Below are positions 31,669 through 43,368 of a stretch of DNA of 64,000 nucleotides, in pieces. A program made the translations under genes and the position numbers. The stretch is from positions 48,823-112,822 of the forward strand of contig CAYXGG010000003.1 in NCBI GenBank assembly GCA_964464475.1. Reading direction: 5' to 3'. Source of the stretch: an uncultured Planctomycetales bacterium (GTDB lineage Bacteria; Omnitrophota; Gorgyraeia; Zapsychrales; JAHFFX01). Under the pieces are notes generated by a model. That model had not been told where the DNA came from and did not search any database. It was given only the letters and a program-made list of their open reading frames with translations. Each line of letters begins with the position of its first letter. Within the stretch, counting starts at the first letter, position 1.

Positions 31669-32793
31669 ATGAGCCATTTAAATCTAGCCTCTTTAGCCCA
31701 ACGTTCACTTAACGGAGAATTATTATCGCATCATGAATGCCGTCAAGTGCTTTCCGACCCTGGTATTGAGCTACTTCCACTCCTTAACGAAGCCTATGTG
31801 GTACGGAAACACACCCATGGCAAAGACGTTCATGTGCACATCATTAATAACGCTCAGAATGGTTTTTGCCCAGAGGACTGTGGTTATTGCGCGCAGGCAA
31901 AAACGTCGGCGGCTGACATCGAAGAATATCCGCTTAAGCCAGACGCTGAAATTCTTGCCGAAGCCAAGAATGCTTACGAAAAAGGAGCTTTTCGCTATTG
32001 TATGGTTTTTGCCGGAAGAGGGCCATCTCCCCGCAGAGTGGAACATTTAGCTAAGCTCATTCGCGACATTAAATCCAAGTATCCAATTGAAATCTGTGTT
32101 TCGGCGGGACTCATGAACGAAGCAGCAGCGAGAACACTAAAAGAAGCCGGATTAGACCGCCTAAACCACAATTTAAATACTTCGGAACGTCGCTATCCTG
32201 AAATTTGCACCACGCATACTTTTGAGGATCGACTTAATACTTTACGTGCCGCTCAAACCGTTGGGCTAGAAATGTGCTCTGGAATTATTGTGGGTATGGG
32301 AGAAGAACTGGATGACGTTATTGATATCGGCATACGCCTAAGAGAAATGAAAGTGAAATCAATCCCAGTCAACTTTTTAATCCCAATTCCTGGGAACCAA
32401 CTCAAAGAAATATCGAATTTAACTCCGGAATATTGTCTAAGAATTCTCTGCCTGTACCGCTTCCTTAATCCCACTTCAGAATTACGTGTTGCCGCAGGGA
32501 GGGAAGGGCATTTAAGAAGCCTGGAAGTCTTAGCTCTTTACCCGGCTAACTCACTCTTTTTGGACGGCTATCTCAACACTAAGGGCTCCAACAGCGCTAA
32601 AACCCTGCGCATGATTAAAGATGCGGGCTTTAACATTAAATCAGAATTTTCTGTTGATGATCTATTGGGCCAAGAAACTCCAGGACCTGACCAATTTAAT
32701 ATTGATCACAACCCTAGCATCATGAAGGAATTAAAAGACTTACGGCCAAAGCTCTCTACCTTAAACTCAGCCCCAAGTCCCCAAAAAGCTTAG
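31669..32793 (+). CDS. bioB: Biotin synthase.
   Basis: Radical SAM CPEDCGYC motif and BioB-type auxiliary-cluster Cys/Arg residues. 374 aa with a short C-terminal extension. AGAAAGG ribosome-binding site. Confidence 0.88.
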   Translation: MSHLNLASLAQRSLNGELLSHHECRQVLSDPGIELLPLLNEAYVVRKHTHGKDVHVHIINNAQNGFCPEDCGYCAQAKTSAADIEEYPLKPDAEILAEAKNAYEKGAFRYCMVFAGRGPSPRRVEHLAKLIRDIKSKYPIEICVSAGLMNEAAARTLKEAGLDRLNHNLNTSERRYPEICTTHTFEDRLNTLRAAQTVGLEMCSGIIVGMGEELDDVIDIGIRLREMKVKSIPVNFLIPIPGNQLKEISNLTPEYCLRILCLYRFLNPTSELRVAAGREGHLRSLEVLALYPANSLFLDGYLNTKGSNSAKTLRMIKDAGFNIKSEFSVDDLLGQETPGPDQFNIDHNPSIMKELKDLRPKLSTLNSAPSPQKA

Positions 32794-32823
32794 AAGCAAA
32801 GAAGCCATAATTAAGTATTTTTC

Positions 32824-32852
32824 TTGTCAAAAAAATTGAGAATGTTATAGTA
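32824..32852 (+). promoter_or_regulatory. Sigma70-like promoter for korAB (TTGTCA-N17-TATAGT).
   Basis: Hexamer match and spacing about 55 nt upstream of the korA ATG. Confidence 0.4.
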
Positions 32853-32907
32853 AGCCATCTATTTAGCCGCAGTCATTCTGCAAAAAATTTAATCAAAGGA
32901 TTCAACC

Positions 32908-34734
32908 ATGATAAAAGAAAAAAAGAAAGTATCACGTTTTGAACTATTAATGGATGCTGGGTTTGGGGCCCAGAAAGCAGGAGACATCCTCATCAGCGCT
33001 TTTGCCGCTACTGGAAAATATGTCTATATCGAACCTATGATTCCTGCCGAAATCAGCCCACCGCCGCGCACGCGTCCAGCGCTCTCTGGCGTTATTATTC
33101 GCGTCGCAGATTTTGATATTACTAATATTGGCAATGATGCGGATGTGATTGTGGCTGCTCATGAAATCGTTCTGGACCGTCGTTTGGACGATGAAGAAAC
33201 AAATCCAAACTGTCGAGTTCTACTCGACATGGGCGATAAACCGGGCAATGAAGACGCCTACGAAAAGGTATGCAAGCGCGTAGCTGAACTTGGCTTAACC
33301 ATTATTCCCTTTGAAGTTGACGCCGAATCAAAAGCCATCATCACCAGCATGGCCGGAGCCGGCAAAAACATGTATTACATTGGCATGTTAGCCGCGATCT
33401 ACAACACCCCCAAAGATGTCGTCAACGCCAAAATCCAAAAAACATTTGGAAAAAAGCTTAAAGAAGAGATTCTACAAAAAAACATTAAAGTTTTTGAAAA
33501 CGGCTATGATTACGCCAGCAAAAGCGTTTTCTTCTCGTTTGAGATCGAGTCTCGCACGCGCACCGGTGAGAAAATAATGATTGATGGAAATTCCGCATTA
33601 AGTACGGGAATCATTGATGCCGGCATCAAACTTTTTTCAGGTTATCCTATTACGCCCGCGTCTTCCATCATGCATATGCTTGCCAAGCAATTCCCAGCCT
33701 ACGGCGGCGTGGTGCATCAAGCCGAAGATGAAATTGCCGCCATTGGCACGGCAGTAGGCGCTTATTTTGGAGGAACCCCCGCGATTACCTGTACATCTGG
33801 CCCAGGACTTTCCTTAAAACAAGAATTTATTGGTTTTGCTTCCGCGGCGGAGATCCCTTTAATCGTAATCGACGCCCAACGTTCTGGTCCTTCGACGGGT
33901 ATGCCCACTAAAACAGAACAATCAGATTTACCGGCAGCTATTTTTGGGTGCCATGGTGACAATACCAAAGTCGTACTGAGCGTTTCCAATGTCATTGACT
34001 GCTTTTACGCTCCCCAAATGGCCCGTTATCTAACAGAAAAATTACGGGTTCCCGTCATTATCTTAAGCGATTTTCAAACGGCCAATAGCTACAAAATCAT
34101 TGACCGCCCTAAAGCCAACGAAATCACCAATGTGGATGATGTCCCGGATTTTGTTTTTGAACGATTTCATTTGCAACGCTTAACAGACACTATCGAAATG
34201 GTTCGACCCTTGCAGGCCGCACCCGGGACTCCGGGGGGCATGCGTCGCGTCACCGGATTAAATACAGATAAAGAGGGCCGAGTTAGTTATTTCTCAAAAG
34301 TCAATCACCGCTCGCATGCCGTCAGAAACGAAAAACTGCACCTCGTCAAACGCGCCCTCACCAAACCAGAAATGTTTGGTAAAGAAGAAGGAGAACTGTT
34401 GATTGTTGGCTGGGGAAGCACGCGTGGCGCTATCGAAGAATCGATCAATTTGTGTCAAAACGACGGTCTACCTATTTCCGGGATGCATTTAAAAATTGTC
34501 AACCCGCTTCCTATGATGCTTAAAGATATATTCTCAAAATTCAATCGCGTCGTGACCGTTGAAGTCGCGTACGGTGACAACATCAAGTTTTCTCCCTTGG
34601 CCTATTTATTAAGGGCGGAAACACTAGTTGACATCCGCTCCATGCTTTCAAAAGCGACCGGCAGACCGATCCGACCCAAAATTATTTATCAAACGGCAAA
34701 GGAGTACATCCATGAGTACGCAGGTTCAAGATAA
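32908..34734 (+). CDS. korA: 2-oxoacid:ferredoxin oxidoreductase alpha subunit (KorA-type), probably 2-oxoglutarate specific.
   Basis: 608 aa alpha/gamma-type OFOR subunit. Followed by a TPP-binding beta subunit. Confidence 0.75.
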   Translation: MIKEKKKVSRFELLMDAGFGAQKAGDILISAFAATGKYVYIEPMIPAEISPPPRTRPALSGVIIRVADFDITNIGNDADVIVAAHEIVLDRRLDDEETNPNCRVLLDMGDKPGNEDAYEKVCKRVAELGLTIIPFEVDAESKAIITSMAGAGKNMYYIGMLAAIYNTPKDVVNAKIQKTFGKKLKEEILQKNIKVFENGYDYASKSVFFSFEIESRTRTGEKIMIDGNSALSTGIIDAGIKLFSGYPITPASSIMHMLAKQFPAYGGVVHQAEDEIAAIGTAVGAYFGGTPAITCTSGPGLSLKQEFIGFASAAEIPLIVIDAQRSGPSTGMPTKTEQSDLPAAIFGCHGDNTKVVLSVSNVIDCFYAPQMARYLTEKLRVPVIILSDFQTANSYKIIDRPKANEITNVDDVPDFVFERFHLQRLTDTIEMVRPLQAAPGTPGGMRRVTGLNTDKEGRVSYFSKVNHRSHAVRNEKLHLVKRALTKPEMFGKEEGELLIVGWGSTRGAIEESINLCQNDGLPISGMHLKIVNPLPMMLKDIFSKFNRVVTVEVAYGDNIKFSPLAYLLRAETLVDIRSMLSKATGRPIRPKIIYQTAKEYIHEYAGSR

Positions 34735-35635
34735 ATCGGCCAACCAACCGTTAACCATTAAAGACCTTCATACCGAAAATCCTCGCTGGTGCGCGGGGTG
34801 CGGCGACTTTGGTATTATTGCCGCTGTCAAAAAATTTATGGTTGACGAACAGCTCGTTGCTGCAAAAACCGTTAACGTGTCCGGCATTGGCTGTTCAGGT
34901 CGCGCCCCCAACTACATCCATGCCTATGGTGTGCATTCGATTCACGGACGCCCCATCACGGTAGCTACCGGATTGGCTTTATCGCGACCCGACGTCAATC
35001 TTTTTGTCCATTCCGGCGATGGTGACGCTATCAGCATTGGTGGAAACCACCTCATTCACGGAATCAACAAAAATTTCAAATGCGTCTTTTTAATGTATGA
35101 CAACGAACTTTACGCGTTAACCAAGAACCAAACGTCTCCAACAACACGTAAAGGTCATGCCACCATGACTCAGCCGGCAGGGACTTACCTGGATCCCATC
35201 AACCCGCTGAGAACCGCACTTGGCTTAGGTGCTTCCTTTGTGGCGAGCACGGCGGACTGGTTACAAGATCATTTAGGTAACACCCTCAAAGCGGCTTTTG
35301 AACACCCGGGTTTTGCTTTCGTTCACATTTCCCAGCGATGTCCCCATTTTGATCCGCTGAACTTTGACCACAAAACTTCAGGCTGGTTTTCCTTTTTAAA
35401 AAGTCAAAATGGAATAGATCCAGATAAACGTTGGGCAGATAAAACCGAACAAATTGACCATGATCCCAGCAATATTGAAAGTGCATTTCGTTTTGCCAAT
35501 GCCGAACGACGCTATTTTGGATTATTTTTTCAAAATAAAGAAAAGCCTCGTTACGATGAAATCTTGCGTAACCAGCTCAAAAGCGCCACTCAACGACCAC
35601 GTGCAAAAGTTTTAGAGCAATTTTTGTTGGAATAA
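34712..35635 (+). CDS. korB: 2-oxoacid:ferredoxin oxidoreductase beta subunit (TPP-binding).
   Basis: CAGCGDF Cys motif and a TPP-binding GDG fold ([14 protein letters not shown]). The internal ATG (MSTQVQ) has a GGAG ribosome-binding site. Confidence 0.75.
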   Translation: MSTQVQDKSANQPLTIKDLHTENPRWCAGCGDFGIIAAVKKFMVDEQLVAAKTVNVSGIGCSGRAPNYIHAYGVHSIHGRPITVATGLALSRPDVNLFVHSGDGDAISIGGNHLIHGINKNFKCVFLMYDNELYALTKNQTSPTTRKGHATMTQPAGTYLDPINPLRTALGLGASFVASTADWLQDHLGNTLKAAFEHPGFAFVHISQRCPHFDPLNFDHKTSGWFSFLKSQNGIDPDKRWADKTEQIDHDPSNIESAFRFANAERRYFGLFFQNKEKPRYDEILRNQLKSATQRPRAKVLEQFLLE

Positions 35636-35640
35636 CCTTT

Positions 35641-36591
35641 ATGAGTGCCGCAGAAAAAGTTGTCATTATTGGTTCAGGACCAGCGGCGCATACGGCTGCC
35701 ATTTATGCCGCAAGAGCTAACTTGACGCCCTTGCTCTATGAAGGATTTCTGGCTGGTGGCATCGCGGCCGGCGGACAACTCACCACCACTACGGAAGTAG
35801 AAAATTTTCCTGGATTTCCTGAAGGGATTCAAGGCCCTGAACTCATGATGCGCATGCGGGCGCAGTCCATCAAATGCGGAACTCGGATTAAAACTTTAAC
35901 GGTGGACCGGGTTGATCTTTCTCAAAAACCTTTCCGATTATTTGTGGGGACAGAAGAAGTTATCGCAGAGACCATTATCATTGCCACGGGGGCCACAGCC
36001 AAACGCATGCATGTTCCTGGAGAAGATTTACTCTGGCAAAAAGGTATTTCGGCGTGCGCTGTTTGCGATGGGGCCTTACCTATTTTTCGAAACAAACCCC
36101 TCATAGTAGTGGGCGGAGGGGATTCAGCCGCAGAAGAGGCCACGTATCTCACCAAATTTGCAAGCAAAGTTATGTTACTCGTGAGGAGAGACCAGCTACG
36201 CGCCTCTCAAGCCATGCAAACAAAACTAAAGCAAAATAATAAAATTGAAATTCATTGGAACACTGTACTTTTAAAGGTGATAGGCACTAAATTACTGACC
36301 AGCGTAGAAATAAAAAATACCCAGACCGGAACCATTAGCACCTTAGATACCGGTGGGTTATTTTATGCCATTGGCCATGAACCTAATACCGCCTTCCTCA
36401 ACCATCAAGTTGAACTTGATGATGTCGGTTATATAAAAACCACCCCTGGAACGACTCGAACCAATGTGGCCGGCGTTTTTGCTTGTGGTGATGTCCAAGA
36501 CAAGGTTTATCGTCAAGCCATAACCGCAGCCGGTTCTGGTTGCATGGCGGCACTCGAGGCCGAACGATACCTTAGTCATCACCACAACTAA
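35641..36591 (+). CDS. trxB: Thioredoxin-disulfide reductase.
   Basis: [19 protein letters not shown] motif and the redox-active CAVCDG motif. Confidence 0.9.
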   Translation: MSAAEKVVIIGSGPAAHTAAIYAARANLTPLLYEGFLAGGIAAGGQLTTTTEVENFPGFPEGIQGPELMMRMRAQSIKCGTRIKTLTVDRVDLSQKPFRLFVGTEEVIAETIIIATGATAKRMHVPGEDLLWQKGISACAVCDGALPIFRNKPLIVVGGGDSAAEEATYLTKFASKVMLLVRRDQLRASQAMQTKLKQNNKIEIHWNTVLLKVIGTKLLTSVEIKNTQTGTISTLDTGGLFYAIGHEPNTAFLNHQVELDDVGYIKTTPGTTRTNVAGVFACGDVQDKVYRQAITAAGSGCMAALEAERYLSHHHN

Positions 36592-36689
36592 TAATCTCAA
36601 CATTCTCAATAAAGACGAGTTGGTCAAATTGAATATCAAGCTTGGCTATGCTAAGATGATTTCATTTTATTCACAAATTTTGCTTAATT

Positions 36690-37415
36690 ATGACTCACCC
36701 ATCTGATGAAAAAACTGCCAAAGCTGACTCTTGGCGGATGTTTAATAAAATTTCAGCCAATTACGATTTCCTCAACCGGATACTCTCCTGGGGACAGGAT
36801 TCGCGCTGGCGGAATCGAATGGTTGAACTCATTCCTAATGAAAGCGACATGATTGCTTTGGATCTGGCTACGGGGACCGCTGACGTGTTATTAACCATGT
36901 TTCGCCTGCGCCCCAACATCAAGCAAGGCTTAGGGCTAGACCTTTCGGACCGAATGTTGGATATCGGCCGACATAAAGTGGCGAAACAAGGCCTTTCTAG
37001 CCATATTCTCTTACGTCATGGTGACGCTCAAAATATTCCCAATCCGGATAATATTTTTTCGGTGGTCACGATCGCATTCGGCATAAGAAATATGCCTGAT
37101 CCACATAAAGCCCTTAAAGAAATGCATCGGGTTTTGCTTCCTGGAGGGAAAGCCCTTATTTTAGAGTTTTCTTTACCCAGAAACCCTCTAATCCGGTTCT
37201 TTCATTTGAATTACCTGCGCCATATTGTGCCACTCGCAGGCTACGTATTTTCAGGGCACTACCAAGCTTACAAATATTTAAACACAACCATTGAAAAATT
37301 TCCTTATGGAGAAAAATTTCAATTTATGATGAAGGAAGCAGGATTCATCAACGTTTGTGAACGGTCATTAATGCTTGGAGCGGCCAGTATTTACGAAGGG
37401 TTTAAGGCGCCATGA
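36690..37415 (+). CDS. ubiE: Demethylmenaquinone/ubiquinone C-methyltransferase.
   Basis: UbiE/MenG family (YDFLNRILSWGQDSRWR; SAM motif LDLATGTADV). Confidence 0.82.
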   Translation: MTHPSDEKTAKADSWRMFNKISANYDFLNRILSWGQDSRWRNRMVELIPNESDMIALDLATGTADVLLTMFRLRPNIKQGLGLDLSDRMLDIGRHKVAKQGLSSHILLRHGDAQNIPNPDNIFSVVTIAFGIRNMPDPHKALKEMHRVLLPGGKALILEFSLPRNPLIRFFHLNYLRHIVPLAGYVFSGHYQAYKYLNTTIEKFPYGEKFQFMMKEAGFINVCERSLMLGAASIYEGFKAP

Positions 37416-38785
37416 ATCTAGCGGCTACTGCACCCAAGCAATATCTATTTAAGGATATTCGACAAAAATTTGAAAGTTGGCTTAATCAACATACATCTAA
37501 ATCAACGCCGGCTCATTCAGTTCGTCAATTTTCATGCCCCATCCCTGAAACCGATATCCTAAAAGAACTAATTATTTATCCAACAGAGCACCGTTGCTAT
37601 TGGCAGAACCGTGACGCAACAGAAGAATGGGGAACCTGGGAAAAAGCGGTCGAGTTCATTGGCACGAACAACAATGAGTGCGCTAAAAATTTACAAGAAA
37701 TTTCCAAACTCTTAGTTGATCCACAAATCACTTGTTTTTGTGGCCTGGCTTTTGATCCTAATAATATCAACCTAAGCTGGAAGAATTTCTCAGCCGGTTT
37801 TTGTTTCTTGCCGCGATTTGCTATTGGTCGCCAACACGATCATTACACCTTTTATTGCTACATACGACCAGGTGAATTAACTCCATTTTCTGTTCAAAAC
37901 CTATTGACTGAATTTGACCATATCTTCAAAACGGCAACCCACCCCCAAGATATTAGCAATAATAACTTAAGATTTATTCAGCATTCCCCGCAAAAAGAGC
38001 AGTGGGTGGGAATGGTCCATCATGTTTTAGACGAAATACGCCGAGAAAATTTAAAAAAAGTAGTCTTGGCACGCCAATCATTATTCGAATTAAATCAGAC
38101 CCTGGATCCGTTTTTATTGCTGCCCAAAATAAAAAAGTCAAACCCACATTGTTTCATTTTTTGTTATGCCCCCCAACCCGATGAGGCATTTTTGGGCGCT
38201 TCACCAGAGAGACTATTTTCCAGATCAGAGAAGCAAATTACCTCTGAGGCATTAGCCGGTACCAGGCCTCGCTCTAAATCCACATCTCAAGACCAGAAAT
38301 TAGGGGAAGAATTGCTGTCGTCAGAAAAAGACCGTCACGAACAACATTTGGTTGTCGAATTCTTAAAAGCTAAACTTACTCCAATGACCCAGCATCTCAA
38401 TATAGATGATTCGGCAAAACTATTAAAATTAAGAGAAGGCCAACACCTGGTCTCAAATTTGCAGGGCGAACTAACATCGACCAATATTAAAGACGCTGAT
38501 ATATTGACGACTTTGCACCCCACACCAGCCGTGGCCGGCACACCAACGCAGTCCGCCTTAACCATGATTGCTCGGCTCGAGAATTTTAGTCGGGGGTTAT
38601 ACGCAGGAGCTATTGGAACCCTGAGCCAGAACAAAAGTGAACTGGCCGTTGGTATTCGTTCTGCTCGATTACAAGGAAAAAGCTTGGCCATTTTTGCGGG
38701 GGCAGGTATTGTTCAAGGATCTCAGCCAGAGGCCGAATGGGAGGAGATCGAAAACAAAATGAACAGTCTCTTAAAAGCCCTCTAA
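37412..38785 (+). CDS. menF: Isochorismate synthase (menaquinone-specific).
   Basis: Chorismate-binding enzyme C-terminal motifs (GAIGTL...AGAGIV). First gene of the men cluster. Confidence 0.8.
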   Translation: MNLAATAPKQYLFKDIRQKFESWLNQHTSKSTPAHSVRQFSCPIPETDILKELIIYPTEHRCYWQNRDATEEWGTWEKAVEFIGTNNNECAKNLQEISKLLVDPQITCFCGLAFDPNNINLSWKNFSAGFCFLPRFAIGRQHDHYTFYCYIRPGELTPFSVQNLLTEFDHIFKTATHPQDISNNNLRFIQHSPQKEQWVGMVHHVLDEIRRENLKKVVLARQSLFELNQTLDPFLLLPKIKKSNPHCFIFCYAPQPDEAFLGASPERLFSRSEKQITSEALAGTRPRSKSTSQDQKLGEELLSSEKDRHEQHLVVEFLKAKLTPMTQHLNIDDSAKLLKLREGQHLVSNLQGELTSTNIKDADILTTLHPTPAVAGTPTQSALTMIARLENFSRGLYAGAIGTLSQNKSELAVGIRSARLQGKSLAIFAGAGIVQGSQPEAEWEEIENKMNSLLKAL

Positions 38786-38802
38786 TAAGAATTTTAAAAA
38801 CC

Positions 38803-40584
38803 ATGAACGAATTTCAAGTTCCTAACCTCAACTACCTGTGGTCCAGCTTGGTTATCGAAGAGCTCATCCGGCAAGGAGTGGATTATTTCTGTATAGCGCC
38901 GGGATCTCGAAGCGCGCCTTTAAGCGTCGCCGCTGGCATTAATATTGCCGCCAAAACCTGCGTGCATTTTGACGAACGTGGATTAGCCTTTCATGCGGTT
39001 GGGTACATAACGGCCACCCGCAAACCCGCAGTGCTCATCTGCACCTCTGGAACCGCCGTTGCCAATTTTTTGCCTGCCGTCATTGAATGCGCTAAGAAGA
39101 AGTTACCTTTAATCATTTTCACGGCAGATCGTCCTCCGGAATTACGCAAAACCGGTGCCAACCAGACTATTGAGCAAACCGGAATTTTTGGTGAGTATGC
39201 CCGCTGGAAGATCGATGTTCCATGCCCCGACACTCAAATTCCAGCCGCGAATCTTTTAACGCTCATCGACCAGGCAGTTTATCAAGCCAAGCGTCTCCCT
39301 GCGGGACCCGTCCATTTAAATTTTATGTTCCGAGAACCACTGGCTCCCATTGAACAAAACAAAGATTTTAACGCTTATCTTCAACCACTGGCCAGATGGT
39401 TTAACGCCACAACGCCTTTCACGAGTTATCTTGAGAAAGAAAGCACATTAAGTGCAAAATCTCTAACGAGTCTTATTAAAACAATTTCTAATATCAAAAA
39501 TGGGTTACTCGTTGTTGGAAAGCTGACGGGACCAGACGAAGCTAGTGCGGTTCTTCAACTGGGCAATAAATTAGGCTGGCCGATTTTTCCTGATATTTCC
39601 TCAGGATTAAGACTTGCTCGTAAACATCCCCTAGTTATTGAGAATTTTGACCTTTTACTAAATTCTCATAAATGGCAAAACACGTTATCCTTTGATGGTG
39701 TTTTGCATTTAGGGGGACGTATGACTTCCAAGCGGCTTAATCAATTCCTAGAACATAAGAAGATCGCTCCTTATATTATGGTCTTGAACCATCCGCTGCG
39801 CAATGATCCGACCAATCAAGTCACTTTACGGGTGGAAAGTAGTGTTAAAAATTTTTGTAATGCACTGCAACCCAAAATATCTAAAAAGCCGAACACCGCA
39901 ATCGTCAAAATCATACAAAAATCCTCCCGCGCTGTGGACAAACTCGTTATAAAGAATCTACGATTGAGTGGACTCAACGAGCCTGCTGTCGCGCGAATTC
40001 TATCCCAGCAATTAAAACCCAGACAAGGATTATTCTTGGGAAACAGTTTGCCGATCAGAGAATTTGATATGTTCGCACAAGGCGGTGGGGCAACCCCCAG
40101 TATCGGAACCAACCGTGGGGCCAGCGGTATTGATGGCCTTATCGCAAGCGCAAGTGGTTTCGCGAAAGGATTAAACGCACCAACGACGCTCCTTATTGGG
40201 GACCTGTCTTTTCTCCATGATTTAAATTCGTTAGCGCTATTGCGAAGCAACCAACCGCCTTTAATCATCGTCATTTTGAATAACGATGGCGGCGGTATTT
40301 TTTCTTTTTTACCTATTGCTCAATTCAGAAAAAACTTTGAACAGCTCTTTGGAACACCGCACGGCCTGAAATTTAGTGACTCGGCCAAACAATTTCAGCT
40401 ACATTATTCCCGACCAACCACTCCTCAAGAATTCATCAAAGCTTACCGACAAGCTTTAAAATACTCTCGCTCCACCATCATTGAGATCACAACTAATCGC
40501 GAACAAAATGCCGTCTTGCAACGAGATCTTCAGGAGCAAATTCGTAATTCATTAGCCCATTCGATTAAGGAGCAAAAAAATTAA
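38803..40584 (+). CDS. menD: SEPHCHC synthase (2-succinyl-5-enolpyruvyl-6-hydroxy-3-cyclohexene-1-carboxylate synthase).
   Basis: TPP enzyme with the MenD-typical N-terminus [33 protein letters not shown]. The track ORF begins at 38737. Confidence 0.85.
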   Translation: MNEFQVPNLNYLWSSLVIEELIRQGVDYFCIAPGSRSAPLSVAAGINIAAKTCVHFDERGLAFHAVGYITATRKPAVLICTSGTAVANFLPAVIECAKKKLPLIIFTADRPPELRKTGANQTIEQTGIFGEYARWKIDVPCPDTQIPAANLLTLIDQAVYQAKRLPAGPVHLNFMFREPLAPIEQNKDFNAYLQPLARWFNATTPFTSYLEKESTLSAKSLTSLIKTISNIKNGLLVVGKLTGPDEASAVLQLGNKLGWPIFPDISSGLRLARKHPLVIENFDLLLNSHKWQNTLSFDGVLHLGGRMTSKRLNQFLEHKKIAPYIMVLNHPLRNDPTNQVTLRVESSVKNFCNALQPKISKKPNTAIVKIIQKSSRAVDKLVIKNLRLSGLNEPAVARILSQQLKPRQGLFLGNSLPIREFDMFAQGGGATPSIGTNRGASGIDGLIASASGFAKGLNAPTTLLIGDLSFLHDLNSLALLRSNQPPLIIVILNNDGGGIFSFLPIAQFRKNFEQLFGTPHGLKFSDSAKQFQLHYSRPTTPQEFIKAYRQALKYSRSTIIEITTNREQNAVLQRDLQEQIRNSLAHSIKEQKN

Positions 40585-40585
40585 T

Positions 40586-41410
40586 ATGACTAAATCAATT
40601 CATTGGAAAACCGCCCAAGATTTCACTGACATTAAATATGAAAAAGCCGAAGGTATCGCCAAAATCACCATCAACCGCCCCGCCGTTCGTAACGCTTTTC
40701 GTCCGTTAACAGTCGTAGAAATGTCTCAGGCACTTAATGACGCCCGCGATGATGAAAAAATCGGTGTGATTATTTTAACCGGCGAAGGCAAGCTCGCGTT
40801 TTGCTCGGGAGGTGACCAGAAAATCCGCGGGGATGCGGGCTACAAAGATGAAAAGGGCATACATCGCTTAAATGTGCTAGACTTTCAACGCCAAATGCGC
40901 ACCTGCCCTAAGCCCATTATCGCCATGATCGCCGGGTACGCGATCGGCGGGGGGCACATCCTGCACTTACTCTGCGATATTTCCATTGCGGCGGACAATG
41001 CGATCTTCGGCCAAACCGGACCGAAGGTAGGATCTTTTGATGGAGGCTACGGAGCCAGTTACATGGCCCGAATTGTGGGCCAAAAAAAAGCACGTGAAAT
41101 TTGGTTTCTTTGCCGCCAATACAATGCTCAACAAGCATTGGCCATGGGCTTAGTGAATACGGTGGTACCTTATGATCGACTGGAGATGGAAACCGTCCAA
41201 TGGTGTCGAGAAATTCTGGCCAATTCCCCGCTCGCCATTCGCTGTTTAAAATCCGCCCTAAACGCGGATTGCGACGGCCAAGCCGGTCTGCAAGAATTGG
41301 CGGGTAACGCCACCTTGCTCTTTTATATGACGGAAGAAGGACAGGAAGGCCGTAATGCTTTTGTACAAAAACGAAAACCTGACTTTTCTAAATTTCCTAA
41401 ACGTCCCTAA
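40586..41410 (+). CDS. menB: 1,4-dihydroxy-2-naphthoyl-CoA synthase.
   Basis: Crotonase fold with MenB-specific regions ([12 protein letters not shown]; [19 protein letters not shown]). Confidence 0.9.
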   Translation: MTKSIHWKTAQDFTDIKYEKAEGIAKITINRPAVRNAFRPLTVVEMSQALNDARDDEKIGVIILTGEGKLAFCSGGDQKIRGDAGYKDEKGIHRLNVLDFQRQMRTCPKPIIAMIAGYAIGGGHILHLLCDISIAADNAIFGQTGPKVGSFDGGYGASYMARIVGQKKAREIWFLCRQYNAQQALAMGLVNTVVPYDRLEMETVQWCREILANSPLAIRCLKSALNADCDGQAGLQELAGNATLLFYMTEEGQEGRNAFVQKRKPDFSKFPKRP

Positions 41411-41427
41411 ATTAAGGATATTGATTT

Positions 41428-41757
41428 GTGGCTTATGATGAACGCTTAGAATCACGACTTATCCTGCTAGTCCAAAGACGGGACGATATCTTTGCCAGAA
41501 AAATGTTTGGTGGGGTAGGATTTTTACTAAGAGGTAACATGTGTTTTGGTATTTGGAAGGACTCATTGATATTACGCCTGGACATTAAGACCGCTGAAAA
41601 AGCCTTATTACAGCGAGGAGTGCGTCCTTTTGACATCACGGGACGTCCAATGAGAGGCTGGATATTGGTTGAGCCATCGGCGATGAAAACCACCGCCTCT
41701 CTTAAAAAGTGGGTCAACCTAAGCTTACGCTACGTTGCCAAGTTGCCCCGCAAGTAG
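41428..41757 (+). CDS. TfoX N-terminal domain protein.
   Basis: KMFGGVGFLLRGNMCFGI...LILRLD is the TfoX_N signature. GTG start. 109 aa. Confidence 0.6.
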   Translation: MAYDERLESRLILLVQRRDDIFARKMFGGVGFLLRGNMCFGIWKDSLILRLDIKTAEKALLQRGVRPFDITGRPMRGWILVEPSAMKTTASLKKWVNLSLRYVAKLPRK

Positions 41758-41804
41758 GACTAAACATACTTCCTCAATTTTATGGAAGAGAAAGAACAGG
41801 GATC

Positions 41805-43016
41805 ATGGAAACATCAACACTAAGTTTTACCGGTCTGGGAATTGCCCCCCGGATTATGGACACGCTAAATAGTTTAAAGTTCAAACACCCTACGCCCATT
41901 CAACATCAAGCCATTCCGGTGATTTTGGAAGGAAAAGATTTCATGGGCATCGCCCAAACAGGTACCGGCAAAACTTTAGCCTTTACGATTCCCACCATTC
42001 AACAAATGGCCCAAACCAAAGATAAAGCGGTCGTGGTTGTCCCAACACGAGAGCTGGCCGTACAGGTCAACGAAACGTTTACCAAAATTGCCCGTCCCTT
42101 TAATATTCGAACTGCGGTTCTCATCGGTGGAGAACCTCTGCATAAACAATTTAAAGCCCTGGCCGCGCATCCGCGCGTTATTATTGCCACGCCTGGCCGT
42201 CTAATCGATATCATGAAACAACGAAGAATATCTTTGGCTGATGCCAAAATTCTTATTTTGGACGAAGCAGATCGAATGTTTGATATGGGTTTCGCTCCTC
42301 AAATCGAAGAAATTCTTAGGTCTATTCCTAAAGATCGACAGACGCTATTATTTTCAGCAACGATGCCCTCGGAAATACTGTCCGTGGTCAGAAGACATTT
42401 GCGTATGCCGGTCACGATTGAAATCGCACCACCCGGAACCAAATCCGAAGCAGTCACTCATGAGCTTTTCATTGTCCGTCAGGAAATGAAAAAAACTCTC
42501 TTAGAGAAACTATTAACCCGCTTTAGGGGCTCCGTCTTGCTATTCTGTCGTACCAAAATTGCCGCTCACCGTATCGCCAAAACAATGATCGCGCGCGGTT
42601 ATAACGCGGCGGAAATCCATTCTGATCGATCGCTAGGCCAGCGTCGAGAAGCGCTGGAAGGCTTCAAGAACGGCAAATATCGCATTCTCATTGCCACGGA
42701 TATCGCCTCCCGAGGGATTGATGTCAAAGGCATAGAACTCGTCGTCAATTATGATCTTCCGGATGATCCGGAAAATTATGTTCATCGTATCGGAAGAACC
42801 GGACGCGCCGGGCAACAAGGACACGCCATTAGCTTTGCGACGGCCGATCAAAGGGAAGAGGTCAATAAAATTGAACGATTACTAAAAGCGACTTTGCCGA
42901 TTTCAAAGCATCCGGAAATTCCTACCGATGATTTTGCTCCGCCACGTCCGGTCTATACTCATAAGCAACGATCTGGTTCCTGGAGCAATCGCCGCTCCTT
43001 CGGTCGCCGAAGATAA
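41805..43016 (+). CDS. DEAD-box ATP-dependent RNA helicase (RhlE-like).
   Basis: Q-motif, AQTGTGKT, DEAD, SAT and HRIGRTGR motifs, with an Arg-rich C-terminal tail. ATG preceded by GGAAGAGAAAGA. Confidence 0.88.
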   Translation: METSTLSFTGLGIAPRIMDTLNSLKFKHPTPIQHQAIPVILEGKDFMGIAQTGTGKTLAFTIPTIQQMAQTKDKAVVVVPTRELAVQVNETFTKIARPFNIRTAVLIGGEPLHKQFKALAAHPRVIIATPGRLIDIMKQRRISLADAKILILDEADRMFDMGFAPQIEEILRSIPKDRQTLLFSATMPSEILSVVRRHLRMPVTIEIAPPGTKSEAVTHELFIVRQEMKKTLLEKLLTRFRGSVLLFCRTKIAAHRIAKTMIARGYNAAEIHSDRSLGQRREALEGFKNGKYRILIATDIASRGIDVKGIELVVNYDLPDDPENYVHRIGRTGRAGQQGHAISFATADQREEVNKIERLLKATLPISKHPEIPTDDFAPPRPVYTHKQRSGSWSNRRSFGRRR

Positions 43017-43199
43017 AAGCCCTTTCGATAACTTCCCTAACACCATCCTTAGGGAAGTTATCGTACAAAATTCTTCCTACTGAATCAATCTCACAAGAAT
43101 AGCCTCGCTAGCTGATTGAGTTCCTTTCAAATAAATTCCTACAATTGATTTATTCTTTTGCCCGTATAAATCCACCATAAAACTTTATTCAGGAAATCG

Positions 43200-43321
43200 G
43201 CAATACTGGCCTTTTCTCTTCCAATGCTAGTTAAGGAAGCCAGTATTAACCCTTTCTTCTCTTTGAGAAAAGGCGGTATTGACTACATTAAATACAGCAT
43301 TAGTAGTAGAAAGGTCAATAA
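43200..43321. repeat. Copy B of the structured element (TACTGGCC hairpin plus GTAGTAGAAAGGTCAATAA box), immediately upstream of menA.
   Basis: Aligned by eye with copy A. The hairpin stems are conserved and the loops differ. Confidence 0.6.
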
Positions 43322-43368
43322 AAGAGCTAGTCATTGAATTAACACTGAATTTTGTTAAAATTCAATTC

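Noticed and set aside
43279-43368. N-terminal extension of the menA track ORF (MTTLNTALVVERSIKELV...).
   Set aside because: It translates the repeated non-coding element (VVERSI = GTAGTAGAAAGGTCAATA). The same element upstream of acnA is clearly non-coding.
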